Below, piece after piece: positions 36,926 to 49,000 of a stretch of 64,000 nucleotides of DNA. The notes below the pieces were generated by a model. The model saw only the letters and a list, made by a program, of their open reading frames with translations, searched no databases and had not been told where the DNA came from. A program made the position numbers and the translations under genes. This DNA is from Oikopleura dioica. Taxonomy: Eukaryota; Animalia; Chordata. Each line of letters opens with the position of its first letter. Within the stretch, counting starts at the first letter, position 1. The stretch lies in the NCBI GenBank assembly GCA_907165135.1, contig OU015566.1, positions 2,232,001-2,296,000 on the forward strand, given 5' to 3'.

Positions 36926-37510
36926 ATGAAATTTTCAAGTTTTTTCGCTGCTGCTGCTTCGGCTGCTGACTCCTGTATTCGTTTTGAAAAGGGACCAGGA
37001 ATGGTGATAACACTGAATTTGGATATAGTTTTAGAACTTACTTTTTGACCAAAAAGGGGGTATGAAGTGGAAAGATGCTCACGACTATTGCAGAAGACAA
37101 GGCGGCGCGCTTGCTTATTTCAATAATCAAGAAGAGTACGACTTGTTCACCAAAGATTTGGATTTCTCCGCCAATAACGGATGGAACGTTTGGTACAAGG
37201 AATGGCTTGGAATTAGACGAATGGGAACCGAATTCAGACAGAACGGAAGTTTGCGAAACATCGGCCCCTATGATTCATAGGCTATGAAGGCTGGGAGTCA
37301 ATAGGATACATCAACATTCGAAAGAAGGAGCAGCTCTTTTTCAAGTGGAAATCAGACGAGCCGAACAACTCACGAAACTACAAGTCCTACTCGGGAAGAT
37401 ACGGAAATCGTCAAGAATCTTGCGTGGAATTCGACATCAATGATTTGCAGTGGAATGATCTCAGATGCAACAAGCGCATGCGTTTCCACTGTAGATTTGA
37501 CGACTGCTAG
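36926..37510 (+). CDS. Secreted single-domain C-type lectin with EPN and WND motifs
   Basis: MKFSSFFAAAASAA signal; WKDAHDYCRRQGGALA...EWLGIRR...FFKWKSDEPNN...ESCVEF...WNDLRCNKRMRFHC. Needs a 44-nt GA-AG intron (37237-37280) and probably a GG-AG intron (37003-37034). Confidence 0.88.
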
Positions 37511-37626
37511 AAGAATAAAGAACAAAAACAATCATGATCTTTTTCAATGTTTTATTAAATATTATCAATTATCTTTTCCAATGAATGAAGCAGCAAAATG
37601 AAATAATTCTTCACTTCGACCAGTAT

Positions 37627-39988
37627 CTAAGTCGCAGTCGCATCAATGACAAGAGTATCTTCCGCTTCTTCCACATAGCAGGAATTGTTTTCCGCGTCGA
37701 TTTCACTTGGACTCCGCGGCTGAAAGGCGGCTTTTGAGAGCATCGAAGGCAGGGCCATCGCTTGAAGCTGGTATTCTTTTTCCGCTTCTTGGAAAGCCTC
37801 GTCGTCTTCGTACTGTCCTCCAGGAAGAACTGCATCAATTTCATGTCTGCGTACATGGCGGCGGAAAGAATCGACGCGCTGAAGAAAAGGTTGAGACTTT
37901 TGGTCATTTTGGGACTTGATTTACCGCAGTTCGGAAGTTGCACTGCTCGCATTTGTAGGTTGTTTCGGAGTGCGAGATCATGTGACTGGTGAGATGGTCT
38001 TTTCGGATGAAGGCATGATTGCAGATGTCACATTTGTAGGGCTTATGACCGGTGTGGATTCTTGAGTGTCGCTGGAGCTCAGCAGGTCTAAAATGAGTTA
38101 CTGCGATGATGATTTCTTAAAAGAATTCCGAAAAATTTAATTCGAATCTCAGCTTTCCAGGAATAGTTAAAATCAAACTCATTTTTAAAATGATAAAATT
38201 TTGGTGCTGGGTAAGTTTCTCTAGAAAAAAAAATTACAAAACACGGAAAAGTCGATGGTCTCGAATTAAATTACCTGACGAATTTTTTGGTGCAAATTTT
38301 GCACTCGTGCTTTGCCACGTAAGTTCTTCTCTTTTTTGGAGGAAAGCCTCTAAGATTGAATGGATCGAGATCCTCGCCATCAGAGTTGGTGTAAGGAGCT
38401 TCTTGTTCGGGGCAGTAAAAGTCGAAGCCATCATCGCGCTCAATTGGCTCGACGCCGGAAATATTTGCTGAAGTGTTTTCGTCTGTTTCCATGATTACTT
38501 CGTCTTCTGGCTCGTCTTTAACCATCACCTAGGAATAGGGAATGAGTCTTTTGATGGGAAAGGGGGGGTTTTACCTCGCATGTTTCAGAATTTGATGGAG
38601 ATTCTGGAGGCGATTGTGGCTGTACGACTGGAACTTCAGGACTTGGAGAGGTGGTGATTTTCGGAGGGGATGAAATTGTTGAAGAATGAATGATTGGCTT
38701 TCCAATTTTGGTCATTGCTTTTGCCTGAAAATCAAAATAAGGAGATGAGTTAGAAAAAAACTCATACTTGTTGAGAATCCTTGGGAAGAGTAAGAACCCT
38801 AGCAAGTTTTCCGTTGGCCAATCTGACTGTTGTCAACTTGCTGAAATCCCCACTGAACTTGATCGGCTTCCCAGGAGCTGATTGAACTGGCACCGGTTTG
38901 GGAAGATTCTTTGTTGGAGGAAGAATTTGAGAATTATTCGGAAGAGCGCGCATCACTTTCATCGGCTTCTGAATCATCTGCACTGGTTTTTGGCCGTTTT
39001 CTGAGCTCGGATTCGGCTGAATAAAAGTGAGATTGGGTTGAGAGATTCTTGCTACCTTTTGAACGAATTGGTTGACGGGAGGGCGGATAATCTTCAACCC
39101 CTGTCCGTTCATGATTTTTAGCGGCTGGCCATTTTGAGATCCTGGTCGACCAAGGACTTTGATCATCTTTCCGTTGATCATTTGGCCAGGGCGGATGATT
39201 TGGCCGGGCTTTAGCACTCGACCTGAAAATTATTATCAGAAGAAAGTTGAATTTTGAAGAGCTTTACCTGGTCGAATCATTTGTCCTCCTTTGATAATCT
39301 GTCCTGGCTTGACAATCCTCAGCGGTCCTTTCAAACCATTCAACGCCGACTGGTTCAAAATCTTGATCGGTCCGCCAACTTTCTGCCCGTTGATCGTCGT
39401 CAGGACTCGCGGAATTGTCTTCGGCGGGGAGGTTTGGTTTGGAATTTCTTCGATCACTTCGCTTTTGACTTCGACTGTGTTGATCGTTTCCGTCTCCTCA
39501 TCTTCTTCGGAATCGTTGATTTCGACCGTTTCAGCGGTAGAGCGGCGTTTGTTGGCTGGGACGGGTGATTCGGAATCTAAGGAAAGTCCGCGCTAGAAAA
39601 AGGGTTTATTCAAGAAAGAAGATCGAAAAACAGCCAGAAATGGGTATTGAATTCGAATTTCTAGACCATCTAGAGATTTTCTTCTATCATCTTGAAATCG
39701 AATTAATCAGTACCTTTCCCCGGATAAGAGCTTCAATCGGTTGATCATCATCATCTTCGTCCAGGTCGAGAGTCTCCTCCATGTCTCCACTGACGACGGA
39801 TCCTCCCAAACTCGAGACATTTCTCGATCTCTGCTCGGAATCTCCACTTGAGCTGGCGACACTTTCATCTGCTTTTTTCGGCTTCAAGTTGATGTTGAAA
39901 AATCGGCGCTCGTATTCTTCGAGATTATCGACCACGTTGCTTCGGCTCACGGCGATTTTACGGATGTCGATCAGGCGAACCATCTCTT
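37627..39988 (-). CDS. C2H2 zinc-finger protein (three C-terminal fingers, long low-complexity N-terminus)
   Basis: CKICTKKFVR|PAELQRHSRIH TGHKPY CDICNHAFIRKDHLTSHMISH ... CEQCNFRTA|RVDSFRRHVRRH. Stop at 37627-29. The 5' end may extend further upstream. Confidence 0.85.
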
Positions 39989-41232
39989 CTTGAAAAAATC
40001 TAAAGAAAAATTCTCTAGAAACAGTCATTACCAAATGGTCTCGAAAAGAATTTGCTAAACAGAAAGCTCAAAATATGCGGCTTTCGAGTCAAATGTAAAC
40101 TCTTTCAAAAAGAAAAAGCCGCTTGCGGCTTCTTTAGATTAACAAAATCGCTTAAGATTGAAGTTCTAGGGGCTAGAATTTTGCTCCGCAAAAGTCATTT
40201 TCAAGTATCTATTTAAAAATCTTCGACTCGAAAAATAAGATTATCCGTAAATTACCTGTCTTGTGCCTAAAGATAATCTCTTGTTATTCTTTCACTTCCT
40301 CTCTTTTTTCCTTTTTTCTTCTTTTTTGGTGTGCCTTTATCTCAAGCTAAAATGGGAAAACTGATTCTCCGAGAGTCGAAAAGTAAGTTTTCGGAGTTTT
40401 GTGAGTTGATTTGGAGTTGTGTGGCTTTTGAATTTCTGGCGCGTGAACGGCACCGCCGCGGGCGAGGTCGCCGCTCTCGCCAAGGCGGCGAACCGCTCCG
40501 GCCCGACGCGCTTGAACACGCAAAAGCCAACGATAGTTATCGGCCCCAAGGCGACTTTGCCAGACGACGACGCAGCTTTTGCACCGCCGAAGTAGCTACT
40601 CCGCGAGCTTCACACTTTACAACCAGCGTCAAATCAACTCAGTTGATATCGCTTTTTCGCATAAATTCGAAAAAATGTTTATGAAGACCTCGGTTTCACT
40701 TAATTGGGCGGGTTTATCGTCAGAAAGCAACGATAGTCGAAGAAAAATAGTCAAAAAATTTATAGAAATGAGAAAAAAAGCCGCAAGCGGCTTTGTTTGT
40801 CGAATATTATTAATTTGATTCAAACATATTCTTTATTTTAGTATTGAAAAATATTCATTTTCCTTGAATAAAAAAACGGGCGCAGCTGCAGTGCTAGAAT
40901 TAATCGCATAAGTATGTACCTGAAAATGCACCTGATGACCTTGATAAAATTTTGACCTCGAATTTTTATTTCAAGATTTCAATCTGCCGATTTTACGATT
41001 CTCTTTCGAAAAAACTGAGTGTGCCTAAATGCTCCCCTCGTTCGGGCCGATGCTTCGTTATCGAATTTGAATCATGATTCAGGAATTATCGTCCCGTTCT
41101 CCGCTCCCAGCCAAAAAAAATGATGACGAAGACGCATTTTTGCTAATCTTTTTTCTCATTTCGAAAATGGGAAATCCGATTAAATTGGAAAATTGAAAAT
41201 TGTAACTTTTTCGGATGATTCAAGGTTTGAAG

Positions 41233-41429
41233 AAAACCTGATTCAGATTCTAACGACCAAAAATGAAAAGCCGCGTAGCGGCTTTTATAAGAAGGAAGCC
41301 GCGAAGCGGCTTCGCCATTCAGCCACTCTTACCTGTCCCAAAATATTGGCGAAGCCGCTTCGCGGCTTCGGTTATAGAAAAAAGCCGCTACGCGGCTTTT
41401 CGTATGGGCTCATCAGTTCCTGTCTCAGG
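41233..41429. repeat. Symmetric hairpin module: four AAGCCGC-loop-GCGGCTT hairpins forming an about 53-bp inverted repeat, with degenerate CCTGA(G/T)TCAG-type ends
   Basis: Arms 41265-41317 and 41347-41401. Ends are AAAACCTGATTCAG (41233) and CCTGTCTCAGG (41419-29). Confidence 0.8.
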
Positions 41430-41569
41430 ACTGCTGGAAATAAAGGATAATTTGATTTTTGGGAGAGTAATTGATTTTTAATTTTAATAAATTCTCAAAG
41501 TACTCAGGAGCGTCAATTGTAGAAGAAACAATGCTGTGGTTGTCTGCTGGATCTGGAATTAATAATTTC

Positions 41570-42031
41570 GGAGGATTGAAGAGCAGCAACTTCAGAATAA
41601 AGCAGAAGAAATGGGGTCAATATGCAGCGGGAACAAAGGGCCAGAGAAACTTTTTATCAGCGGCGTTGATAAACGAGGAATAATCGGAGAGATGGCCAGG
41701 CAGAAATTTCTTATGAGCAGACCAAAGTAAAATTTCAGGCTCAAATTTTTAGTCATCAATTTCTTTTAAGAATTAAGGGTGTAACGATGCTAAAAGATCT
41801 CGAAGGAAATCAGCTCTTCGGTAGTTCCTCCTTGATTTCAATATTTTTGTTCTAAACTTTTTTTCAGATGAGCCAGTGAAACCAAAAGTCGACTCGGAAT
41901 ATGCTTCGAAGAAAATGTTCAATCGTTGGAAAAAGAAAGTTCTTGGTGAAAAGAAATCGAAGAAAAAGAAAAAGAAGAAGAAAAATAAAAATAAAACTGC
42001 CCCTGATGCTGCTGAGGAAGACAAAACATAA
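41570..42031 (+). CDS. 3' exons of an unknown protein with a poly-Lys tail
   Basis: Phase-consistent GT-AG joins ...FLMSRP|KIKGVTMLKDLEGNQLF|DEPVKPKVDSEYASKKMFNRWKKKVLGEKKSKKKKKKKK...DKT*. The 5' end is unresolved. Confidence 0.55.
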
Positions 42032-42127
42032 CAAAATGAATTTGAAAAATTTTCTTTTTATTTACAGTTTTGAATGAATGAAAAAGGTTTGAAGAAGCAG
42101 AAGAATGAAGGTTTTTGAAGGAGCAAA

Positions 42128-43359
42128 TTACTGGTATGGCTGGAAAAGGGGTGGGAAGGTCTGGGTCGGAGGCGCGTAAGGAGAAGGAAGAGGAGGTGGA
42201 TTGCCGAAGAGTGCCATGGGATTCATCGCCATCGGAAAGGGCATGTTGGGGAGATGGGAGCTGAAGTCATGAGTCTGCGGGAGCGAGTAGGGAGCGGCGA
42301 GGGCTCTTGGATCGGAGACTTGGCCTCGCTTTCGGGATCGAGCAGCTTTGTTTTTTCGATTTCGCGTCTGGATCGCGCCGTCTTTTTTCATCGTTAAAGG
42401 TCGAGGAGTCTAAATAATAGTGTTAGAAACTTGTTATAGAAAATCAACGAAGACAAAATTTGAAAAAATAGCTGGCTTACCCCGTGGAGCTTTTCATAAA
42501 GTCCGCAAGCGTTGCAAACTGCGATGCCAGCCGAGTTCTTTCTCCAAAGGGACGTTTCGGTGGTCTTGCAGTTGTCGCAAATTGTACCCTCTCGCTTGGA
42601 AGGGACTGTTCGTCGTTTTGGCTTGACGAGCGGGCGAGGCTTGCCGTTGACTTTGTAGTACAATCCGCAAGCGTTGCAGAGGTAGTTGCCGACTTCATCG
42701 CGTCGCCAGAGGGGAGTGACAGTGGCCTTGCAGTTCGAGCAGATTCGATTTTCGAGGGAGACGTCAGAGGGCTTGGATCGTTTTGCTGGCGGGATTTCTT
42801 GATCGGGAAGAGGTCTTTTGGCGACTTCTTGGTTGATGGCATGTGGCTGGGGGAGAAAGCTGGGGATGTTGGGGAAGTAGTCGTGGGGAAGAGATGATTC
42901 TTGCTGAAGAGCTGGTGGATTTTGAGGCGCGGGCTGATATTGGGGCTGCGGTTGGTAGAAATTCTCGTGGTAAAAGTTCATCTGGGGATTTTCGCTGGAG
43001 ACTTGAGGCTGTTGGTGCTCTTGGGAATGCTGATGAGGATGGTATTGGGGAGCGAAGTGGTCATTGTAGCCAGATGATGGAGAAATTGGCGGCTCTTGTT
43101 CGACGGAATTCGGTCGGGCGGGTTGAATAGCCTCTTCTGCAGATGATGTTTCGATAGTGGCGAGAGGAACTGCTTGGATCTTGGGAGATTCATCGTTGGT
43201 TGATTGGGGAGAGCCGATGGAGCCGTCGCTTGAACCGTTGGAAGCGATTCCTGAGTCGTGATGGTCATCTTGGTAGAAAGCGCTGGAGCTCATGTAGTTG
43301 ATGTTGAAGTTCATGTTTGGAGAGGAGTAGTCATGGTAGTGAGTTGTTTCGGTAGACAT
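42128..43359 (-). CDS. GATA1/2/3: GATA transcription factor with two C4 zinc fingers, most similar to GATA1/2/3
   Basis: Exon 43359-42481 encodes [25 protein letters not shown] and [29 protein letters not shown] intron 42480-42410. Exon 42409-42128 gives [29 protein letters not shown] and QTRNRK are GATA1/2/3-type. Confidence 0.93.
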
Positions 43360-44399
43360 TTTTTGATGCTTGTTTTTTAACTGTTGATTGTTTGTTTATG
43401 CTAGAATCGAAAACGAATGGAGATTATATTAGAGACGGCGGCGAGGAGGGGCGCTAGAGAAGACATCTGCTCCAGACGCGCGCCAGGAAGTTTACCGAGA
43501 ATGGGCCTATCAGTAGCAGCTGGTGGATGCTCCGGCTGTTATTGGAGAAATCCATTGAGAATGGAGAAATTTTTCGCTGTAATTTATTACCATAAATTCA
43601 TAAGAGAGTATCTTTTACATATAGTCATGCTAGAACTGGAGGTGAAAGTACATGCAGTTATCATTACAATAAATTTGTCAACATCGAGGGAAAAGAAAAA
43701 TCTTTATATCAAGTAAAAAATCATTAATTTGTGGTTTGGTTATCAAAGACCATTCAATCTCGAGAAATTCTCGAGAAAAATGTAAAAATAAAAGCCGTTT
43801 TTTATGGCAAACAAAAGATATCTATTCTTATCAGTGATACGGTATTTATATTGCTAGTATTACTACTGAATGATCAATCAAATAATATATGATATATTAT
43901 ATATTATATATCTTCTAATACTCCGAGAATTTCGTTTTCGGTTATTGAAAGAATAATTCTTTTCGGAAATAAGCCTTCAAAAAGTTCAAAAAGACGCTGC
44001 GGCGTTCAAAGACATCTGAGTTTCTATCACTTTCTGCGTATCTCGCTTTCCATTTCGCAGAAGCTGGAGCTGATTGAGCTCACCTGCTCAAAAAATTGCT
44101 TTGCGACTTGGCTTTTTTACATCACCTGCTTTTTCGCTGCAAGAACAGATTTTTTATTTGACATTCTGGTTTTATTAACAAAAATAAGTCGATCGAAATA
44201 TTTTGAAGCTAAAAGTAAAAATATAAGATCAAAAAATCTTTGTCAAAAACGGTCGTAAATCTTCGGAACAGCGGGTCTATGCAGGGCGAAACTGATACGG
44301 GTTTTCAATCAATTGAAATCAAAAAGCCGAATTCAAGATTATTGGAAAACCTTCCTTATTCTCGAGAAAACATCTTTAATTGGGGCACCATCACGAAGA

Positions 44400-45260
44400 G
44401 AAGGAACTTAAAAATATCTCAATATTGCGGAAAACAGAAGCTTACCAATTTGTTTTATCAATTTCTGCTTCAAAAAGCTTTGAAGCTATCGTAATGCAAT
44501 TTTGCTGAAAAACAACTTCGGCTCTTTTTTCTTACGTTGATTTTCGTCGAACGAGACAGTTTTTCGCAGCGAGAGTTCAATTGCGTCTTTCGAGTTTTTC
44601 TTTGATTTCGAAGCGATTTCGACGTTGCTGGTTGTCCTAAAATAGGCTTGGGCGACCCTTATTGTCAGGCAGTATTCTACCTGGGAAGACTGTTTCGACA
44701 TGATTTTGCAGGCATACTCAGACGGCCCTGTGGAATTTTCATTGGGAAGATTGGCAAAGATTCGTTTGAGAATTCTAGAGATTAAAAATTCATCACACTT
44801 TCCCACTGATACCTTTCTCTTCAGTCCCAAGAAGAAGGTCTTTCTCATAGCTCGTCTCGTAGACTTTTTCAATGTCATCATCGAAGAAATCTTTTCCGGT
44901 TTGAACCAATTTTTTTATTCTTATTTTTTATTCGGCTTCAAGACCGTTCCTTTTCTCCATTTCCAGGGCGAGAAGCAGTTCAATCTCTTTTATCAGCTAT
45001 TTTCTCGAAAAAAATATTCGAAAATTCTATTGAAAATAATAATTTTCGATATAAAAAATATTATTTTAGCCGGGTCCTTGACAACTCTTGGAGGCATAGA
45101 AGACTTCTCCTCTTATTTGGAAATGGGATGGTGTCTCTATTGAAAGTAAAAGACCCGATTTCAGTCTGAGAGTGACTTTTGAGCCGGTATGAAATAGTGT
45201 TGGTTTTGGATTACGCTGAAAACCGACCACTTGGTGGTAGTGACGAATCGAGCAAGTATA
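44400..45260 (-). CDS. Multi-exon gene of unknown function
   Basis: Phase-consistent GT-AG joins DFFDDDIEKVYETSYEKDLLLGTEEK|EFSNESLP...RNSLPR|TTSNVEIASK...FDENQ|PKLHYDSFKAFEAEIDKTN. Both ends unresolved. Confidence 0.5.
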
Positions 45261-45470
45261 CACGTTTGAGGCGCATTAGTTACGGCGGTCGCGAATGAAA
45301 TTTATTAAGCAACTACCGTTACTCTTTATTCATCTGATTCTAGAATCGCTTTACCAAATTCTAGTTGCGTGTTCGAATCAAAGATAATCTGTCGTAGCGA
45401 AAATCGAGGTGCTAATTCATCTTTGTAGCACCTGCAACAAAATAGAGCGAAAGTTTTTTTTGTGAAAAAG

Positions 45471-46034
45471 ATGAGTTTTAAAATTGATATCAAGAAAGAA
45501 AAACGCTCCCTGAACATCGCTCAATTCGGAGCGGCGAGGCAAAAAGCTAAGAATCAAGGAGAGAAGCTTGATATTCAAAATATCGCGAAGAAAACAAGCG
45601 TTCATGCCACTTTTACGGGGCAAGGAAACTCGCTGAAAGAAGAAACAACCGGAAGAATTGAAGAAGAAAGAAAAATTGACGAAGTTGAAGTCAAAATTGA
45701 TCGGGTAATTAGCGGCCTTCTGGGCCTGAGAGAATCTAGACTCTGGATTCTAGAGGTACTATAATATAAAAATTCTATATTTCGAAAGAAAATTTTCATC
45801 GAAATTAAGAGTTTGCCAACTACAAAGCTTCGATTCCGATTTCCTTCTGAACAACGAGAGCGAATCTTCAACACCAACACATCAATTTCCTCCCTTATAG
45901 ACTTTTGCTCTGGGATTCTTGGATATGAAGCCGCAGTTTTTGAAGGTTTTCCGCCGAAAGAATTGGGAAGAAGTGAAGACAGTTTGGAGAAATTGAAGAT
46001 TTTGAATACTGTTCTAAGCGTGAAAAAGAAATAA
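45471..46034 (+). CDS. Small UBX-domain protein with an SHP-box-like motif (p97/VCP cofactor-like)
   Basis: FTGQGNSL (F-x-G-x-G-x-x-L), then after one GT-AG intron SLPTTKLRFRFPSEQRERIFNTNTSISSLIDFC...FEGFPPKEL...LKILNTVL*. Confidence 0.75.
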
Positions 46035-46093
46035 ATTGATGGTTTATTTTCTACGAAATCACAAAAAGATTACTCTTCAAAGATTTTTCCCAG

Positions 46094-49000
46094 TCAAGCC
46101 ATTAGTTTACGATGAAGTTTGATTGTGTAAGCTTGTGGAAGAAGATGCCAAATTCCTGGTCTCATATTGAAATTCTCGTTGACCAATGTCAAAAACTCTT
46201 TGTTTTCCCCGTTATAAACATAACTTTGACCATTGAAAGATTCCATCATATTTTCTTCAGCGTAATACTCGCGATCAAGAGGAATTCTTATTTGAGAAGG
46301 AGAAAAACCCGTTTTTTCATCGTCGATCAAATTATTTTCGATAATATATTCGCCATTCTCGATCCGGTCAACTGTCATCTGATGATAAATGACACTAGAG
46401 TTAACTAAAGTATCCTCTCCGATCGAAGAAAGGTACGCTCCAGTAACAGTAAGTGGACGAGTGAAGATATATTTTTGATGAAGAAGAACTAAAATAATTT
46501 GAAAGATCTTTTAGCCTTATTTAAACAGTATAAATTATACCTCTTTCATAGTCAAAATTTGCAGAAATATGAAATTTGACTAACTCCCATCCGACGTCAT
46601 TTAAGAAGGTTTTATACTTGAGTCTTTGAAGTAGGCACTCAATACCATTTGTTTGATAGTCTTGCTCTTCTTTTTTTGGATTGAGGTTCAATCCAGCGAG
46701 GCTTCGGGGATACACAGAAGTTAAAGATTTTTCAAATTATTTGAGATTTATCTTATGTCAATTTTTTTATCTTAACTGGAAAAAACCAGTAAAGGGTACT
46801 ACCTTCGATTTCCAAAATGGGCTTTATCTTTTAAACTGATAAAAGTGGGTATAAAAAATAAATTCCTCAGAAAATCTTTTCTAACTTTTATGTTGATCCT
46901 AGTTTGAAATTCTTGATGGTTTCCGAGATGTAGCCTCTCGAAGTTTTTTCGAAAAAAATTTTTGGTCGTCGATTTTTTCGAATAAGGGCTTTTTTGAAAG
47001 CGTAGAGCAAGGAGATCATTTTTGTAGGCTTAGAAAGATGGTCAGAAGTACCCGTCAACAATTTTCGAAAAATTTTTTTTCGGAATTTGAGAATTTTGAC
47101 CCCGGAAATAGATTCTTCTTTGTAAAGAAAATATCCAACAAGAAACAGTAGACTTTGGCCTATAGTAAATTTATTTTCGCGGTTTTTCTTTTCTATCTCA
47201 AAATCAAGTTTGAAAATTGGCTTTTTTGCCCTCTGGTGTCTTAACTCAAAAAAATTAAGGTGTTGCCTCTAGAGACAATTCCTTTAAAAAAAATAACAAA
47301 TTTGCTAAGGAAAAATTTTAAAAGAGAAAAAAAATCTTGAACTTCTTGAATAAACCACCATCGTCAAAACAACGAAGATATTTTCGAAAGTAACGCGTTC
47401 TTCATCTAATTTCGATCGATCATAATTCAAGTCATGAATCATTGCCCAACGAATAAGAATACAGACGGAAATAGGAACGCAAAGATTTGTGTCCTTTTGA
47501 TCGATGATATTAGTTGTCAGATTCTCAAAATCTGGATTTGAATGTCTTGTTAATCTTTGTTTCAGATTAGCCATCGCGATCGATTTTGTGAAATTTGGAT
47601 CGCCAACACAAATATTTTCGGGAGATATTTGATTGCTATTGTAGCTTCTCAAAAAAATATTGTCCTTCAAACTCATTATTTGATCGTCGGTTGGGTCTTC
47701 CTTATTTGACAGCCACTCAGCATTCAATGCCTCAAAATTCTAATTTTGAATATGCATTTAGCTTACTTTGAGTTCTCGTTTGACCCTATTTTCCAGAATT
47801 TCAGCTTTAACATCTGGTATTGGAGTATAAAGAAGATTCCAAGCAGTTGACCAGTTGCAAAGAATGAAAACATAAATATTTGACCCAGTTATGTAGATCT
47901 CACCAGAAAGCTGAGAGATTTGGGAAAAACCTGCAGATCCCGCGCCTTAAATAGTCGTCAATGACCTTATTTTGTTCATTCAACTATTTAACAATGTCCA
48001 GAAATCAGATCTTGAGGCTTTTAAGGACCCCCACCCCCGGTCAACACTTTTCGAAAATTTTTTTTGCGGACTTTCAAAAATTTGACCCCGGAAATGGATT
48101 CTACGAGTCAAAAAACGATTTTGAGGCTGCATCTTTTGAGGCTCTATCTCGACTTTAACACCCTCAAAATCGCCTTTGAAAATTGGACTTTTTGACGAAG
48201 AATGAGGAAAAACTCCTAAATTTACTAAAATTAAAAATTTTTATTGGTCAAAAAGGGGCCCATAGAAGTTTTTATGATGAATTGAACTTTCAGGCACACT
48301 TAGAAGCCCAAAGATGGCTGTTTTGAAATTGACCTCTCTTGGATCATTACTTACGTAAAAGCTCTTCATCTTTGAACATGCTACCCCTCCTTGTATATCC
48401 CATTTCCCGGAAGCTTTTTCTTCCCGACGATTCAATTACAACTCCGAAGTCTGTCACTTTTGGTTGCCAATATTTGAGAAGAATGTTTTCTGGCTTTTTG
48501 TCAAAATGTCTTATACCAATACGTTCCAAATGAGAAAAGCCCTGTTTGACGCGACATGCAATCTTTTGTCTTTGCTCCCGATGTAAGTTGTTTATCTTAA
48601 GATACCGTCTCAAATTATACGTGTCACAGCGCTCCATAATTGTGATCCACCCAAGACAATCTTCTTTTCCCCAGTCGTTTTCCGAAAATATTTCAATATT
48701 GCAATAATTTCTGATCACATGTTGGTGATAAGGAATTATACGTCGACTTGTATCGTTAACAAGAAGCCGCTCAGGTGGAGCTTTGTAATCTTTAAAATTG
48801 CCTTTTAGTACATTATGATTGATAATATCGACCTTTTGAAAGATGAATATCAAATCCAAGCTCTTGATTTATGGAGGTAAAGAGCGCTGAATCAAAAACC
48901 TGAATACGAACAGCGGTTTCAAGATCTCCAAATTTTTCTTTAAAGACGATGGCTTCTCCTCCGACTATGACGAGATAATATCTGTGAAAAATTAACAAGT

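Noticed and set aside
42420-43268. Antisense and alternate-frame ORFs over GATA (likewise over Amt, the zinc-finger gene and tRNA-Phe at 61005-61265)
   Set aside because: These are shadows of genuine coding or tRNA sequence.
43600-43900. GATA sites upstream of the GATA gene suggesting autoregulation
   Set aside because: WGATAA is frequent throughout this AT-rich window and enrichment cannot be shown by eye.
44486-44881. dsRNA-binding-motif-like SKSKKNSKDA in the ORF-track protein
   Set aside because: That ORF reads through two GT-AG introns in the wrong frame; the spliced model removes the resemblance.
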